From positions 2,080,001-2,144,000 of the forward strand of contig OZ243916.1 of the NCBI GenBank assembly GCA_965213675.1: 64,000 nucleotides of DNA, given 5' to 3'. Positions 63,627 to 64,000 of the stretch are shown here, one piece after another; within the stretch, counting starts at the first letter, position 1; the number at the start of each line of letters is the position of its first letter. The translations under genes were made by a program, and so were the position numbers. Below the pieces are notes generated by a model, which saw only the letters and a program-made list of their open reading frames with translations, was not told the origin of the DNA and did not search any database. This DNA comes from an uncultured Candidatus Binatia bacterium (GTDB lineage: Bacteria > Desulfobacterota > Binatia > UBA9968 > JAJDTQ01).

Positions 63627-64000
63627 TCAAGGAGTCCGGTTCCCCGTGGCTTGGCGCGCGGTCATGAAATTGATCATCTTCATGCTCATGACCACATCGC
63701 CGTCCTGGTTCAGCGTCTCCAGGAACGAGTTTACGATGCCGCGGTCGGGCTTCGAGCTCGACCGCCGCGTCTCCAGCACCGTGACCCGCACCGTCAACGC
63801 ATCCCCCGGGCGCACCGGCTTGCTCCAGCGCAGTTCATCCACGCCGGGCGAGCCCAGATTCGCCACCGCCGAAAGATAGTTGTCCGAATAGACCCGCATC
63901 ATGGCCGCGGCCGTATGCCAGCCGCTGGCAATGAGCCCCTTGTAGAGGGTATTCTTCGCCAGTTCCCGATCAATATGATACGGCTGCGGCACGAACCGCT
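63627..64000 (-). CDS. MaoC/NodN-like dehydratase (5' end outside the window)
   Basis: PQPYHID, GLIASGWHT, SPGVDELRW.KPVRPGD and S.SKPDRG motifs. Confidence 0.88.
   Translation of the reverse strand, partial: RFVPQPYHIDRELAKNTLYKGLIASGWHTAAAMMRVYSDNYLSAVANLGSPGVDELRWSKPVRPGDALTVRVTVLETRRSSSKPDRGIVNSFLETLNQDGDVVMSMKMINFMTARQATGNRTP

Overview
High-GC bacterial chromosome segment. Gene content and order are deltaproteobacterial-like, possibly Ca. Binatia; this is inference only. The core is housekeeping: murJ, rpsT, lptE, leuS, nusB, rib genes, nrdR, glyA, acpP/fabG/fabD/plsX/rpmF, ruvABC, acnA, clpSA, ilvD. It is flanked by catabolic and accessory genes. I found no rRNA, tRNA, CRISPR array or transposase. 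Main observations: (1) An NtrY-type sensor kinase is followed by an NtrX-type receiver domain fused in frame to an LpxC with intact catalytic motifs, suggesting direct two-component control of the committed step of lipid A synthesis. (2) An IspH-fold protein keeps its three Fe-S cysteines but lacks the catalytic Glu and most diphosphate-binding residues; it lies between a VOC protein and a UbiD decarboxylase. (3) Two sequence-unrelated families of ~155-157 bp palindromic elements insert at CTAG/CCAG/CTGG sites, and both can form a one-strand 'tandem G.A zipper' next to an apical hairpin. (4) Other proteins also lack key residues: the RibB half of RibBA, TatC and an HtrA-like protein. All calls come from reading motifs by eye; no database searches were run.
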